From the NCBI RefSeq assembly GCF_009914755.1, contig NC_060927.1: a stretch of 64,000 nucleotides of DNA. One strand, written 5' to 3'. Position 1 is the first letter of the stretch, and each line of letters opens with the position of its first letter. Below are positions 1 to 12,616 of the stretch, piece after piece. The notes under the pieces are model-generated. The model ran no database searches. It was not told where the DNA came from and saw nothing but the letters and a program-made list of their open reading frames with translations. The position numbers and the translations under genes are program-made. This DNA comes from the human T2T-CHM13v2.0 reference genome, Homo sapiens.

Positions 1-57
1 CAGTGTTGGTGATCAGGGCAGGAAACAGACCTGCACAGAACTCTCCACCCACTTTTT

Positions 58-372
58 CCAGGTCCCCAGTGACTTTCACATGGCCAAACCCAATGGCCTA
101 ATCTCAGCCCTCATTTATCGAGCCTATGAGTAGCATTAGTGCAGTAGGTCATTATCTCTTCCTTGAAAGACTTTGCTCATTTGACTTCTGGAACACAACC
201 TTCTCTTATGTTTCCTCCTTTCTCTCCATCTACTCTTTCTCGATCTCTTTGGCTGGTTTCCTTTAACTCCCCAGTTTTAGGCATTGGATTGCTTTTCTTC
301 CTTACCCATACTCATGTCCTAGGCTAATTCATGTCCTAGGTGAATTCATTCAGTCTTACTGATTTGTATACT
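58..372 (+). mobile_element. L2 LINE fragment
   Basis: aggtccccagtgactttcacatggccaaacccaatgg...ctcttccttgaaagactt resembles the L2 ORF2 core. The same segment occurs at ~38630-38760 (ggtcaccaatgaccttcacgttgccaaatc). Confidence 0.75.
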
Positions 373-374
373 AA

Positions 375-552
375 TATAGTAGGCAGAATAATACCCTGCT
401 TCCCAAAGATGTCTATATCCTAATCCCTGGAACCTACGAATATGTTATCTTGCATGGCAAAAGGGAATTAAGGTTGAAGATAGCATTAAGGTTGCTAACA
501 AACTGTCCTTAAAATTGAGACATTAGCCTGGATTATCCAGGGCAGGGCCAAT
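375..552 (+). mobile_element. MaLR LTR 5' portion, MLT1C/MLT1D-type
   Basis: tagtaggcagaataat...cccaaagatgtctatatcctaatccctggaacc...ggcaaaagggaattaaggttg...ctggattatccagggcagggcccaat, typical of the MLT1C/D 5' half. Confidence 0.75.
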
Positions 553-853
553 ATTAGTATTAGGACATGGAGCCTTTAGGAGGTGATTAGGCCATGAGGG
601 CAGAACTCTTATGAACGGTATAGTGCTCTTATAAAGGAGGCTGGAGGGAGCTTGTCTGCTCCTTCCACCATGTGAGGACACAGTGAGAAGGCACCATCTC
701 AGAATCAGGAAACCGGCCCTTAAAGGACACCAATCTGCTGGTGACTTGATCTTGGACTTCTTAGCCTGCAAAACTCTGAGAAATAAATTTATGTTGTTTA
801 GAAGCTCCCCAGTCTACAGCATCTTGTTATGGCAGCCTGAACAGATGAAAGCA
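553..853 (+). mobile_element. 5' LTR (missing its first ~60 bp) of an MLT1A/MLT1A0-type MaLR provirus
   Basis: Aligns with the 3' LTR at 2945-3250 (ccttccaccatgt, agtgagaaggcaccatct, aatctgctggt, ttgatcttggacttc). AATAAA present; ends in CA. Confidence 0.85.
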
Positions 854-2885
854 GAAATTGGTACAAAGAAGTAGGGGTGTTGCTTTAACAAACACCTAAC
901 AATGTGGATTGGTTGAAACTGGTAGAGGCTGGAAGAGTTTCGAAGCACATGCTTTAAAAAGCCTACATTGCCATAGACAGACTATTAAAAGTGATTCTGG
1001 TGAGGGCTCAGAAGAAGAGGAGAGTCATAGAGAAATCCTCACTCTTAGAGAATATCTCAGTGGTTGTGAACAGAAAGTTGATAAAAATATACACAGGAAA
1101 GGCCATTCTGATGAGGTCTTGGGCAGAAATGAGTAACATATTACTGGAAACTGGAAGCAAGGCTGTCCTTGGTACCAAGTGAGAAGAAACTTGGCCCAAT
1201 TGTATTCATGCCCTAGCATTTTGTGGAAGGTAGAATTTTTGAGCTATGAAATAGAATATTTGGTGAAAGAAAATTTTTTTCTTCATTTTTTTTTTTAAGA
1301 GACAGGGTCTCACTCTGTTGTCTAGGCTGGAGTGCAGTGGCACAGTCATAACTCACTGCAACCTCAACCTCCTTGGCTCAATTGATCCCCTTCTTTCACC
1401 CTCACAAATAGCTGACACAGGCGCATGCCACCATACCTGGCATATTGTTTTATTTTTATTTTGGTAGAGACAGGGTCCTGCTATGTTGCCGAGTTGTCTT
1501 GAACTGCTGGCTTCAAGCAATCCTCTCATCTTGGCCTCCCACAGCACTGAGATTATAGGTATGTGCTACTGTACCTGGCTTGGCAAAAGAAATTTCTAAG
1601 CAAAGTGTTGAAGGTGTGGCATGGCTTCTCTTGACTGCTTATAGTAAAATAAGAGATGAATGATTTAAGGATGAAATTTTTAATCAAAAAGGAAGTAAAA
1701 CTTACAGATTTGGAAAATTTTCAGCCTGTCCATGTTATAACAAATGAGAAATCATATTCAAGACAGAACACCAAGAGTGTGGCCAAGAACTGTTTGATAA
1801 GGAGACTAGCATGCACTGGCCAGTTGCTATTCATCAAAACATTGAAAGAATGACCCCAAAGGTACTTCCCCATCATTAGTGCTGTTCCTGTCATCACAGG
1901 TCCAGAGTACAAGGGCCTTGAGAATAGAACAATTTCAAAGGAAGGAATTAGGGTACCCATGGGACCTCAGCACTCATTGCCTGGTCCTGCTTCAAGGCCC
2001 TGCTCCCTGCTTATGGCACAGCACTCCTCAGCTGCCCCAGGTTTGGCTCCAGTGCTTCTAGATGCATTGTGGACTGTGGTGGCTGCCCCTTCTTTGGAGG
2101 GCACAGATGGTAAACCATGGCAGTGTATTTGAGGTGTCATTGCCAGCTGGTGGGGGGCATGAGTCATGGGGGTATGTACCTCCACCTAGATTTTGAAGGA
2201 TGGAGGTACCCAGAGCCTCAGACACATGACTCAGGCAGAGGGTGATGCCCAGTGGAACTGTGGTTGCCTCCAATACCTCAGATTCGTAGAGCTACCAATG
2301 GTCAGTTCCATCCTGGGAGAGCCATAGGTTTGCTACTCCAACCCATGAGAGCAACAGTATGGGCGGTCTCCAGCAAAGTTGTGGTGGGGGTCCAAAGCCA
2401 TGGGAGCAAGGCTACACAGAGCCGTGAGGGCCCAGTCCCTGCCCAGTAAACCTGTGGAGGCAGGACCTCTGCCTCAGTGGAGACTGAAGGGCAGAGCATC
2501 AAGTCAAAGAAGATTATTCTGGAGCCATTAGAGTTGATGTTGCTTGCCCTCTTGGACGTTGCTTGCCCTCTTGGGTCCTGGACTTGTTTAAGATCTGTTA
2601 CTCCTCCCTTCTTTCCTGTTTCTCACTTTTGAAATGGGAGTGTCTGTCCTACCATTGTATTTTGGAAGCATACAACTTGTTTAATTTCACAAGTGCATAG
2701 CTGGAGAGGAAAGCACCTCAAAATGAACTCCCTTGAGTCTCACCCCATGTTTGATTTAGATGATATTTAGATGAGACTCCAATTTAGACTTGATGCTGGC
2801 ACAAGTTGGGATTTTTTGGGGGCAAGGGTTTGACATGGACATATCTTTGTGAGAAGAACACGACTATGGGAGGCCAGGGGTGAAA
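854..2885 (+). mobile_element. MLT1A-type MaLR internal region (non-autonomous, decayed), interrupted by an AluJ
   Basis: Starts gaaattggtacaaagaagtaggggtg directly after the LTR and ends with the purine tract gggaggccaggggtgaaa before the second LTR. Confidence 0.85.
1277..1580 (-). mobile_element. AluJ (Jo/Jr-type) inserted in MLT1A-int
   Basis: Reverse Alu dimer with poly(T). Diverged TSD tggtgaaagaaaattt (1261-1276) / tggcaaaagaaattt (1581-1595). Confidence 0.92.
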
Positions 2886-3250
2886 CGCTATGGTCTGAAT
2901 GTTTGCATCCTCCAAAATCCATATGTTGAAACTTAATCCCAAATGCCATAGTATTCAGAGGTGGAATCTTTATGAGATAACTAGGTCATGAAGGAAAATC
3001 TCTCATGAATCAGATTACTGCCTTTATGAAAGAGGCAAGGGAGCTTGTTTGCCCCTTCCACCATGTAAAGAGCCAGTGAGAAGGCACCATCTATGAATCA
3101 GGAAATGGGGTTCTCACCAGATACTGAATCTGCTGGTACCTTGATCTTGGACTTCCCAGCCTCGAGGACTGTGAGATAAATTAATTTCTTGCTGTTTAGA
3201 ACCACTCAATCTATGATATTTTGTGATAGTAGCTTGAATAGACTAAGACA
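2886..3250 (+). mobile_element. 3' LTR, MLT1A/MLT1A0-type
   Basis: cgctatggtctgaatgtttg ... gactaagaca; complete ~365-bp LTR. Confidence 0.9.
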
Positions 3251-3759
3251 ATATATCAAAATCTGGCACATCTGTTAATGGCATGTTTTGCAGACTATCA
3301 ACAGCTTCCTCAAACCTCCTTTGCATATAGGCTGCTGTCCCTGAGGCCACTAATGAAACCTGATCTTTTTAAAATGAGTGATACTCTACCCTGCCTAGGC
3401 ATGAGAATAACTTCTGGCTTAAAAAAAAATTGAGCCTTCTCTAACTTGACTGAGTTAGCAATCTCACAAGAATGAGGCTGAGAAATTTCTACTGAAAACA
3501 AACCCAACAACCTTCTCCAGGTCATTTCCATGCACAGCCATGCTGGGAACAAATGGCTTAGACATCTGAGAAAAGTGAAAATATGAGTATCCCTGGAATA
3601 AACAAGATGCATATTGTTTCAAGACTGTGTTAGCAGTGATTGTTGTCTAAATGTGAAAGAACAACCCAGAGGGTAGGTTTTGATCCAGAGAGGAGTGAAG
3701 ATAATTTGAGGCTATGCAGTGTGTTAGTGACTGGAAAGCAGGAGTTGCTGGGATTCAGA

Positions 3760-3950
3760 CTGGAAAGAATACAGGCTTTGTCTTAGGGAGGAATCGAGTT
3801 TGAATCCTGTCTACACTGCTGCTTTGTAGCCTAGGTCAAATTCATTAACTTCTGGGAGTCTCACTTTCCTCCTTCCTTGTTTGTGGAATGGAGAGATATG
3901 AAATAGTGCTTACCTCCTAAGACTTCTGTGAGGATTAAATTGAAATGATG
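3760..3950 (+). mobile_element. MIR SINE
   Basis: gagtttgaatcctg...ctaggtcaaattcattaacttctgggagtctcactttcctc...gtgaggattaaat (MIR core). Confidence 0.75.
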
Positions 3951-4465
3951 AGGGGCAAATACATGATTTTGTCTTAACAATATTCCTGAAATTTTGGAGG
4001 AAAAGTAACAGTGTCTTTTATGACAAGCACAAAATACAACTCAAGCATACATACAATAACTGGTTATCTCACCCAAGAAGTATCCGCTGGGCTTGCTGGT
4101 TTTACAATGACACTACTGTGAAATATTAAGATCGCCTATGATTGGAAATCACTGGGAGGGACAAAGAGAAAGCTTTCTGTTCTAAAGCTGAGAGTGAACA
4201 AAAATGGAATTTGTGGCAGCTACCTTAGCTCTAATAGTATTAAGTACCAAGTAATTTCTGATTTTTAAATACAAAAAATTATGCATAGAATCCCTGCAGG
4301 AAATGAAGAAATAGTAACAGTAGGGTTTTCAGCCCAACAACTGCACTGACACATGGATATTTTGAAGGAAGATGCCTCATCTCTGATTTTCACAGGATGT
4401 CAGAGTCTTTGGTAATTAATGTTCACTACTCCAGCAATTAGGTTCTTGTCAGTTAATCATCCATC

Positions 4466-4468
<3 letters not shown>

Positions 4469-4514
<46 letters not shown>
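4469..4514. repeat. (AC)23 microsatellite
   Basis: Perfect dinucleotide run. Confidence 0.97.
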
Positions 4515-4518
<4 letters not shown>

Positions 4519-5406
4519 TTCTTTGCCAGAAAAGCCAGTCTTTCTATGGTTATATTGGCATTGCTTTTGTTCCCCAGTGGAGAAGATTAGAGAACACTCA
4601 GAGCAGTTTATGAAAAAGTACAGCAAGGTTCTTTCTCTCTTCATTTCTTTTTGATTAGAGTTGAATGCAGCAGAGCTGGCTTGTAAAGTCAGAAGAATGG
4701 ATGGCCAGAGACAGCAGTCTGGAGACTATTAAACAGAGAGAGCTCATTTCCCTGGTTTTGATGTGGTCATATCATCTGTAAATTATAGCACTCAGCTGTT
4801 TTTCCACATACTCATTATTCTGTCATTTGTGTGGCTGCCAATGCTCTCCTTTTTAACCATGCACTGTATGAACTCCAGAAGCAGCTGTTTCAGGAGTGAG
4901 CCAGTTCAGAGAGAATAAATATAGAGAAAACAAATGGTATTAAAATAGATTAAGTTTTAACATCTTTTACATTATCTTTTTATCACCCTTTAAATAAATC
5001 CTGACCTTGTGTTGGTTTAGATTTGAATGTGACTTGAATCTTTACTGTTCAATATTTTAGGACTATATTAGGACTACATATATTTAGGACTAGCCAGGGA
5101 CTCATTGTAATTATAATTTTTGGTTTATTCACTGATGGGAACTACTTTAACTTCAGTCCTCATCCTTTCCTACTCATGATTCTGGAAGCTTTCTTTTGGA
5201 AAATAGTCCATTTATATAATTAAATGCTTTCCAGTTGTACATTTTGCCATATGAAAGCTTTTCAATAATTTTCTAAAACAGTAAGTTAGATAACCTATTG
5301 TGATGGTTACTTTAAGGCGAATGTGACTGAGCCACCCAATTTCATGAATGGCACTGAGGCCTGACATCTCAAGTCTGAATGAGAGGAGTTTCTTTGTCTA
5401 AGTAGG

Positions 5407-5970
5407 TATAGTAGACACTTGGGATCTGTGTCAGCATCCATTTCCCCTTCTGATGAAACAACATCATTTGTCTTTCGGGAAAACACCCTCTCCCAATCTT
5501 ACTCCGTTTGGCTTGGTGGTGCTGCTTCAACCCATAGGATCAGCTGGATTCATGACCCAAGCCTGGCCAATCAGACGATCCCATTTCTAGTCCAGTGATT
5601 GGTTGAGGGATGGGGATGTGAACCAAGGAAAGCCAATGATATTCAGTTCTGAGACTTTTGATTGGAATCATTGGGAGAGACGGAAAGCTGTTTCTGCTGG
5701 ATTACTTAGTTGATAAAATTTAAGCCTAGAGATCCTGCTGGTATTCTTTTGTGCTGGAGATGACAATAGAGAAGGGAGCAGAGCCAGGAGATGGAGAGAT
5801 GGGGAGAGTGAGGGAGGAGTAAGACACCATTTGAGCTGCTGGATACAGCCTCATCTAAAGGCATAATTATCTGTGACTTTTCAATTGCATAAACCAATAA
5901 ATCCTAATTTTTACATAAGCCACTTTGAGTTGGATTTTCAGTTGCTTTCACCTAAAATATTCCTGACTCC
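5407..5970 (+). mobile_element. Old MaLR solo LTR (MLT1K/MLT1L-type)
   Basis: catgacccaagcctggccaatcag...cagtgattggttgaggga...tttgagctgctggatacagcc...ccaataaat...aagccactttgagttggattttc. Confidence 0.75.
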
Positions 5971-7619
5971 AAAGTCCAAGATTAGGATGTTGGGATTATT
6001 CTTTCTTTTTTCTCTCTTTCTCCTGTATATGTGACATTAGGCAAATCATTTAATCTCTTAGACGTAAGCTTTATTTTTGTATAACATGAAATAATGGGTG
6101 CAAAAGAGCCTTAGTTTTAGTGTGTTCAATAAATGATAACATGTATTATTTTGTTGTTATATCTAAATTTGTAACAGCAATCATAATAGTAATAGGCACC
6201 TCCTTCTCTGCATATTACTGCAACCTTGACAGAGCCAACTTTTGACAAAATGACTTTGATATTATCCATTTCCTCCAAAAATAAGCCCAAGGATATGATT
6301 ATTTTTATCTAATTGTATGAGGAAATAGACATCTTAATTTGCTGGAAACCACACAGAGCAATTCACTGAACATGAATACACACACGCACATACTCCATTG
6401 GCTTCTTCTTTCCTAATTGCAGTGGGGGAGTCACTGGGGATGTTAGAATCTAGCTGTATATTTCCAGAGGCATTATAAAAATATAAATTATAATAAATGC
6501 AAAATGTGACTTCTTAAAGAGTATTCTTTTGGGAGTGACATTAACATGTTTGAAAATTGCAGTGATAAAGCACCACAAACACTTCATTTCACATTCTGAG
6601 GGGAAATATTATTTGGGATGTATATCTCAAATAGAGCCTTACTTGTGAGCTACAGCCTAGGGTTCTGGCTATCAATAAATGCACCGATTCAATGAGAAAA
6701 ATGTGAAATGCTAAGAAGAGTGTTTGAGATATAAAATGTGCTCAACAAATGTCATTTTCTCCCTTTTCATCCGTCTATCCGTCTGTCATACATTCAGGCC
6801 CTAAACGTGTCAATACAACACAAATCATTCAAATACGTTTTTAGAAAATGTCCAATTTAGCAAATCAATAAGTTGGCTAAATATTTTCACTTCCCCAGGT
6901 ATATAAAAGAGAATCAAGTTTATGTTGTACTTAATAGTACACTATATTAATATATTAGCATTAATTACAAAAACTAGAGTATATCCTAATTAACGGTAAG
7001 TTCCATTGCTATGTAACAACCATGGAAAAATCTGATAGATGAAACAACCAAACATTATTACTGATGCACAGGCAGATCCAGTTTTCCATCAATAGGCCCT
7101 CATTTTCTAATCTTGAGAGGTTAATTGAATAAAATTCTAAATCTGCTCCTCTTGTATTTGAGGTGCAATGGAGACTTCTACTTGGAATGCTTTCAGAATC
7201 ACCTTGTGTATGGTTCAGGAAGTAGAAACTAAAGATCTGAAGAGATCTGTCATCAGGATCTGATTCTACTAATGTGATAAAAAAAGGAGACATCCTCTTT
7301 TTGAAGCAGAATTGAAGGGGCTCTTGATGTACAAAAGTAGCTTCAAATGCATTGAACAAAATTCTTGATTTTCCCTTGAAAGAATAGGAAGGAGTACTGT
7401 TGCAACTGTTCTGTTACTACAAAGTTTTGCAACTTTTCTCTTTCTTTCTTCCTTACCTTTTCAAGCAGACTTTCTGAAAGTATGCTTACAGTGTAAGAGG
7501 AAGAAGTCTTACTTTGACTGTGGGCTTTCAAGAAGTGATGAAGTATTTCTATTTAGAAACAATTTATGGTGAAATTGAGAAGTTGGTGGTCTGTCCAGTT
7601 TTTCTCTTCTTCTAAGGCT

Positions 7620-7811
7620 GTGGTAAAAGGAGCAAGAGCTCTAGACTCAGAGAGACCTGGGTTCAAATCCTGGCTTTCATCTTAAAAATCTATAAACTTA
7701 GGGAAGGACATGTTACTTAAACTATGCAAACCTTTTTTTTTTTAATCTTATAAATCGAGAAAAATTATATCTGCTTCAAAGAGTTGTAAGAATTAAGAAA
7801 TGTATGCAAAG
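7620..7811 (+). mobile_element. MIR SINE
   Basis: ctagactcagagagacctgggttcaaatcctggct (tRNA-derived head with B-box) plus core. Confidence 0.8.
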
Positions 7812-8340
7812 AATTTTGCCTTCTCCCCAACATGCATGACTTGTTTCATAGTGAACAGTTGTCTCCCCAACTCTCTTGGCTCCCCTGACCCAGAACCCTG
7901 TATTCTCATGTGGTTATTTCATAACATGTGCTTTTCAGTATGCTCAGGAAATAGCCTTTGCATCTAAATTCTTCTTTGTCTTTTTCTCAATCGTATTTAC
8001 CTGGCCTGTATTTCATTTTTAAATTGAAAATAGGAGGTGAAGGATGATAATGAAAAATGAACATAAGACTTGGCTTAGTCAATTGACCTACCTTGGAAAA
8101 AAGACACATGGTCCCTCACACTTAGCCTAAGTGTCATTTGCAAAATGGCAATAATTCTACCTCTCAGGGCTACTGTTTTGATGATGCCTTTCTGTGCAGG
8201 AGAAGACTGTATAATATACGTCATGTCACACCTATATGGGAGGTTATTGTTAATTTGCAGTTAATTACCTCTTCTAAGATTAGTTTCTTAACCTGATAAA
8301 AATGTTCAATAAAGTCCCAGGAAAGTGAGGTAGGTTTTTG

Positions 8341-8580
8341 GAGTGGTGAAAAGAACCCAGTTGTTGACATCAGGGCTACAGAGACTCTTTTAATTGTATT
8401 ATTTTTCTATCATTGTGACTGTGGACATGTCTTGATCTTTCTGGTCCTCAGTGTTCTCAAGTGAAAAAATACAGATCTTCATACTCATCTTACAGAAGAT
8501 TTTATGAAGATTAACTGTAATTATGTATGTAAAACAACTAGCATAGTGCCCGATACAAAGATACTCAATAAAAATTGCTG
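8341..8580 (+). mobile_element. MIR SINE
   Basis: cctcagtgttctca...atgtatgtaaaacaactagcatagtgcccgatacaaagatactcaataaa (MIR 3' end). Confidence 0.75.
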
Positions 8581-9798
8581 GTACAATAAGGATTTAAGGC
8601 AATATGTAGGTTGGGCAGTAGGATCTTAGAGTGATTGTGCTACTATAGGTGGCTGCTTTTCCTATCCAGATGAAAGTTGAGGTTTGGTTAAAATTTTGGG
8701 GTTCTCATGAAAACCAGTGTACAACTGATTCCTGTTGGACTATATTGAGATGAGTTGGCAGCAAACACGATAATTCTTTATGCAATCAGTTGAGGATGGG
8801 GTGTCACAAAGATCCCTTTTAGCTTCTAAATTTGAGAAACAGACCATAAAATGGTTACCCTCTTCAACTGCAACTAGTAAGAACCAAACATAAATGAATG
8901 AGATTAGCCACCTATGGGAGGAAGAAGAACACTTGTGAATATGGTCTTGAGAAGCCTTCAGTGTCTCCCACACTAATCAAGGTAACAAAGGCAGATCTCC
9001 AGGTTACGCTGACTGGTTTCCAGGTAGTATACAGGAAGTTGTGCTTTACTTGGTTGTTCTGAAACTGACCTTACCGAGTTAAAATGTATAAGGTGTTAAC
9101 AAGCTCTGTCCAAGGGTAAAAGATGGGAGGATAACTAGAAAGATTTTGCATGACCCAGTAAAATATTCCTTTAGATCATAAAACAAAACAAAGCAAAAAA
9201 GAAAAGTTTGTTTTGTTCCGTGAAGCATATACCAGGTAAGCTCATAAAGGTAAGGGTGTGCCTAGAGAATGAAATATCATGTTTTCTTTACTGGATGTTC
9301 ACTATAAATTAAAACACTAACATTTCTTTTCACAGACTAATATTTGATTCCTCTGTTTGGTACGCATTAGATCTCTAGAGCTTAGAAATTTCTGAGTAAA
9401 TTATTATGATAAAAGGATGAGACATGGCCCTAACAAGAAGGGAGAAGCAGACAAGAGAGAACAGGAATGTAGACAATCTAATATTTCTGATCTTATTCAA
9501 GACTCAGAGGTTTACATTAGATATTAAGACCAGAGTGAGCCCTTCCAAGAAAGCATTGCAGAGGAGACTAAAAGTGCAGTTGTCAATGAATTTGCAAAAA
9601 CTGTGCAGATGAAAAGTGTATGATATGAGTATGCTTTGGGTACCCCCCTTCCAATTGCTGAAAATAGCTATAGTTTATAATTCTATAAAAGCTTAAATAC
9701 ATTTCTTGTCAATAGGAACAGTTAGAAGTTATTGAAAATCAGCCACAATTTGTCAACGGTGTTTGTAATTTTTTTGTAGGCTCCTCGTAGGCGCTTAA

Positions 9799-9974
9799 GT
9801 GATCCAAGGAAGAGCAAGATGGGAGTCAGAGTGCCTTTTATGACATAGCCTTGGAAGTCACATACCATCACTCCTTTCATTTTCCACTGGGTACACAGAC
9901 CATCCTGATATACCATGGGCAAAAATACCATAAATATCCTCCAATGATAGGAGGTGCCATGGCTATGGTAACCA
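9799..9974 (-). mobile_element. MaLR LTR fragment (MLT1F/G-type)
   Basis: gtgatccaagg...cttttatgacatagccttggaagtcacataccatcact...acacagaccatcctgata. Confidence 0.7.
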
Positions 9975-10450
9975 TTTATCTTGTTATAATAAGAATTAAA
10001 TAAAATATTGCAAACAAATCTATTATCCTAGTCCTGGATACATGGTAAAGGCTCCATTAGTTAGTATCTAAGTCTAAGTCAGATCTTCATGCTTCTTCCA
10101 TTATAAAGTTTTAAGTGCTTAATTTTCTTATTATTACCAACATTATTTTTAGTATTATTACTCATCAATTTAACAAAGGTCTTAGCACTGTAGCAATTTT
10201 GACTATTACTAGACAATGCTTTTTTTGGGGGGGATTAATCCTTAACCTCCAAACACAAGTACCCTCAGTTTTGGAGTAGAGAGAGGTGTTTAGGAATTCT
10301 ATGCCCTGGTCATCAATACCAAAAAAGACTCCTCCCTAAATCCTGCTCACACATCAAAGTCCTTCTTAAATGAATCCAGAAGGTAACATGCTTGCCTTTC
10401 TCCCTGCCAACTGTACTCTGAGTTTTAAAATGAGAGGGAGGTAGGGAGAC

Positions 10451-10455
10451 AGAGA

Positions 10456-10489
<34 letters not shown>
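10451..10489. repeat. (AG)n microsatellite
   Basis: Direct reading. Confidence 0.9.
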
Positions 10490-10527
10490 ACACAATAGTT
10501 AATTATGTTTTAGTTTTCTATTATTGC

Positions 10528-10688
10528 TCTAAGGCAGATAGGGAGGGAGTATCATTTTTATTCCATTTCATAGACTGGGAAATAGGGACTCAGAGAAATC
10601 AGATGGCTGGTCCAATTTTCTCCAGCAAATTAAACAGAGGGCTGTATTTGTACCCAGGTATTTCACACACAGTGCTCACTGCATTTTC
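10528..10688 (-). mobile_element. MIR SINE
   Basis: ccatttcatagactgggaaatagggactcagagaa...atttgtacccaggt. Confidence 0.7.
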
Positions 10689-11729
10689 CTCTTTCTCATC
10701 TGTTACCTGGAGTCTTGACTACCGCCTGGTTTAATGGGGGGTGGCCTGCTAAAGAGGGGGTGGACTTTGCTTTCCCTTTTTAAACTCACTATTCAACAAG
10801 TAAGGGACCAGAAAAACCATGCAAAAGTCACTATGTAATATCAACCTTACCTTAGGGTCACTGATAATGGTATTCCGTAAAAAGGTCAAAAGCAACTTAT
10901 AATTACAGAAGTGGCCTCCTTCTGAAGGATAGACTTGGAAGGGCTGGCCTCATTTTCTAAGGAAATGATATAGCTGGAGACACTTTACATTTTGAAGACT
11001 TGAAAGGAGACCTACACCATTCCCAAGAGAAGACAAAGGAATGGAGAGACTGAAAACAGTAGTCATGAGTTCTAGCCAGAGCAGGTACCTGAAATCGTCT
11101 CAATCTAGAGCTTTGGAGATAACTTGCTCTCCTGGAAGAGCTGTCCATGTGAGTTGGCAGGGCCATGTGTAAGGGCCTCTGTCCTTTGGGCTTCACTCAA
11201 GGCCAGCATCTTCTCAGATCTCAGTATCCCTTCCCGAGGAGAAGTGGAAAAAATGGATTCCCAGAAGCTGCTCCTATAACTCAAACGTGTGAACTAACAA
11301 TGAATGCTTTGAAGATCACCCTGCATGAAATACAATTCTCAGTGGTTAGGAAGGTCAGTTCTTCTAAAACATTTTAATGGTGTGACTTTTTTTCCATTGG
11401 AATGTTTTTGCAGGCACGATTTTGTTCTGATTCTCTACTTCTCTTCCAGACCCCAAGTGTTGTCATGTTTTTCTTCTGCCTGCACAGGAATTAGCATCAC
11501 TGAGGGCAAGACATACCCGGAGTGTAAACTTCACTTAACGTCCCGAGATAAGCAGGACAGGGTCCATGTACATTGTTGTTCTTGCAATAGGCAACAGTGA
11601 GCTGGTCTTAACCTACTCTGACCCAAGAATTTTGGTTTTTATTTTTACACAAGCATCCAGCTGCCCATGACTTGAGTTATGTCCTAAGTGGAAAATGAAG
11701 AGACAAATTCTCCTCAACCTGTTCCCAGT

Positions 11730-12260
11730 GGGTTGACTCACCTTACCTTTGGAGATCCCACAGGTGCTGGGGAGCTGCTGCCATAATTACCAAGTTGCAG
11801 TGTAATATATGGTCTTGTTTTATCTCTGTAAGCACAGTTCCCAAAGCCACAATAGAAACTGTGTGGAATCTCTTATCTTTGTCTATAAAATGAGGCGGAA
11901 CCATTCCCAAGTCTGCTACCATTTTCTGCAAACTAAAGCACATCTCTGTCCTGCCAAATAATTTCTTCCCTTTCAAGTGCTACAGTGTGAAGAGGGACAC
12001 CTTATTTCATTGCAAAATGAACAGCAAGTAAACAGAGAAATGTGATTAAAATTCAATTGGGTGCAGGCAGGAATTAAGCCATCCCACGCCCATCAGTTTA
12101 TAGCCTGCCCTAACGAGTGGAAAGGAAAAGAAAGTCACTGCAGCTCAGCTGGAAAACTGTCGGGGCATTTTACTAAATGAATCTTGCTATCCTCGGCTCT
12201 CTCTGCATCTTACATGTCCTCAATTACACAAACTGATGTACAATGTACCGTGACGCTCTA
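11730..12260. promoter_or_regulatory. Candidate enhancer/promoter (motif cluster in unique DNA)
   Basis: AP-1 TGACTCA 11734-40, C/EBP ATTGCAAAAT 12009-18, FOX AAGTAAACA 12026-34, KLF CCCACGCCC 12083-91, minus-strand TATAAA 12097-102, E-box CAGCTG 12146-51. Motif evidence only. Confidence 0.3.
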
Positions 12261-12616
12261 GGGCAGGGCTGGGGGGCAGCACTTGCTGTTCCCTTGTTAG
12301 TGTGATTCCTCGTTGGGCTTCCTATACATTCCTGAGCTCAAAAGCCTAAAATGACTATTTCTGTTACCCTCTGAGCCTTGTGGAGCCAAATATCAAAGAT
12401 GACCTGATTAACCTTAAAGCACAAAAACTAGTCTTCTACCTATAGTTTCCATAGCAATTCCAAATCCTGAACAGAATTATTATATTTCTAAAAATGTAGC
12501 TCAGTTGCAATGGGTCCTGATGGTTCAACATGTATTTCTCCCAAACTGCCCAGTAAATTATATTTCATAGACTCATGGGAAGTAGTTGATAACTGGTCCA
12601 GACCAAACACTGCAAA

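Noticed and set aside
7009-7531. 116-aa and 62-aa minus-strand ORFs in unique DNA
   Set aside because: No recognisable domain or coding-like composition; lengths are compatible with chance in 64 kb
9183-9216. Inverted repeat acaaaacaaa / tttgttttgt
   Set aside because: Low complexity; expected by chance
12257-12283. CTCF-like ggctggggggcagc
   Set aside because: The 5' half of the motif (CCASYAG) does not match
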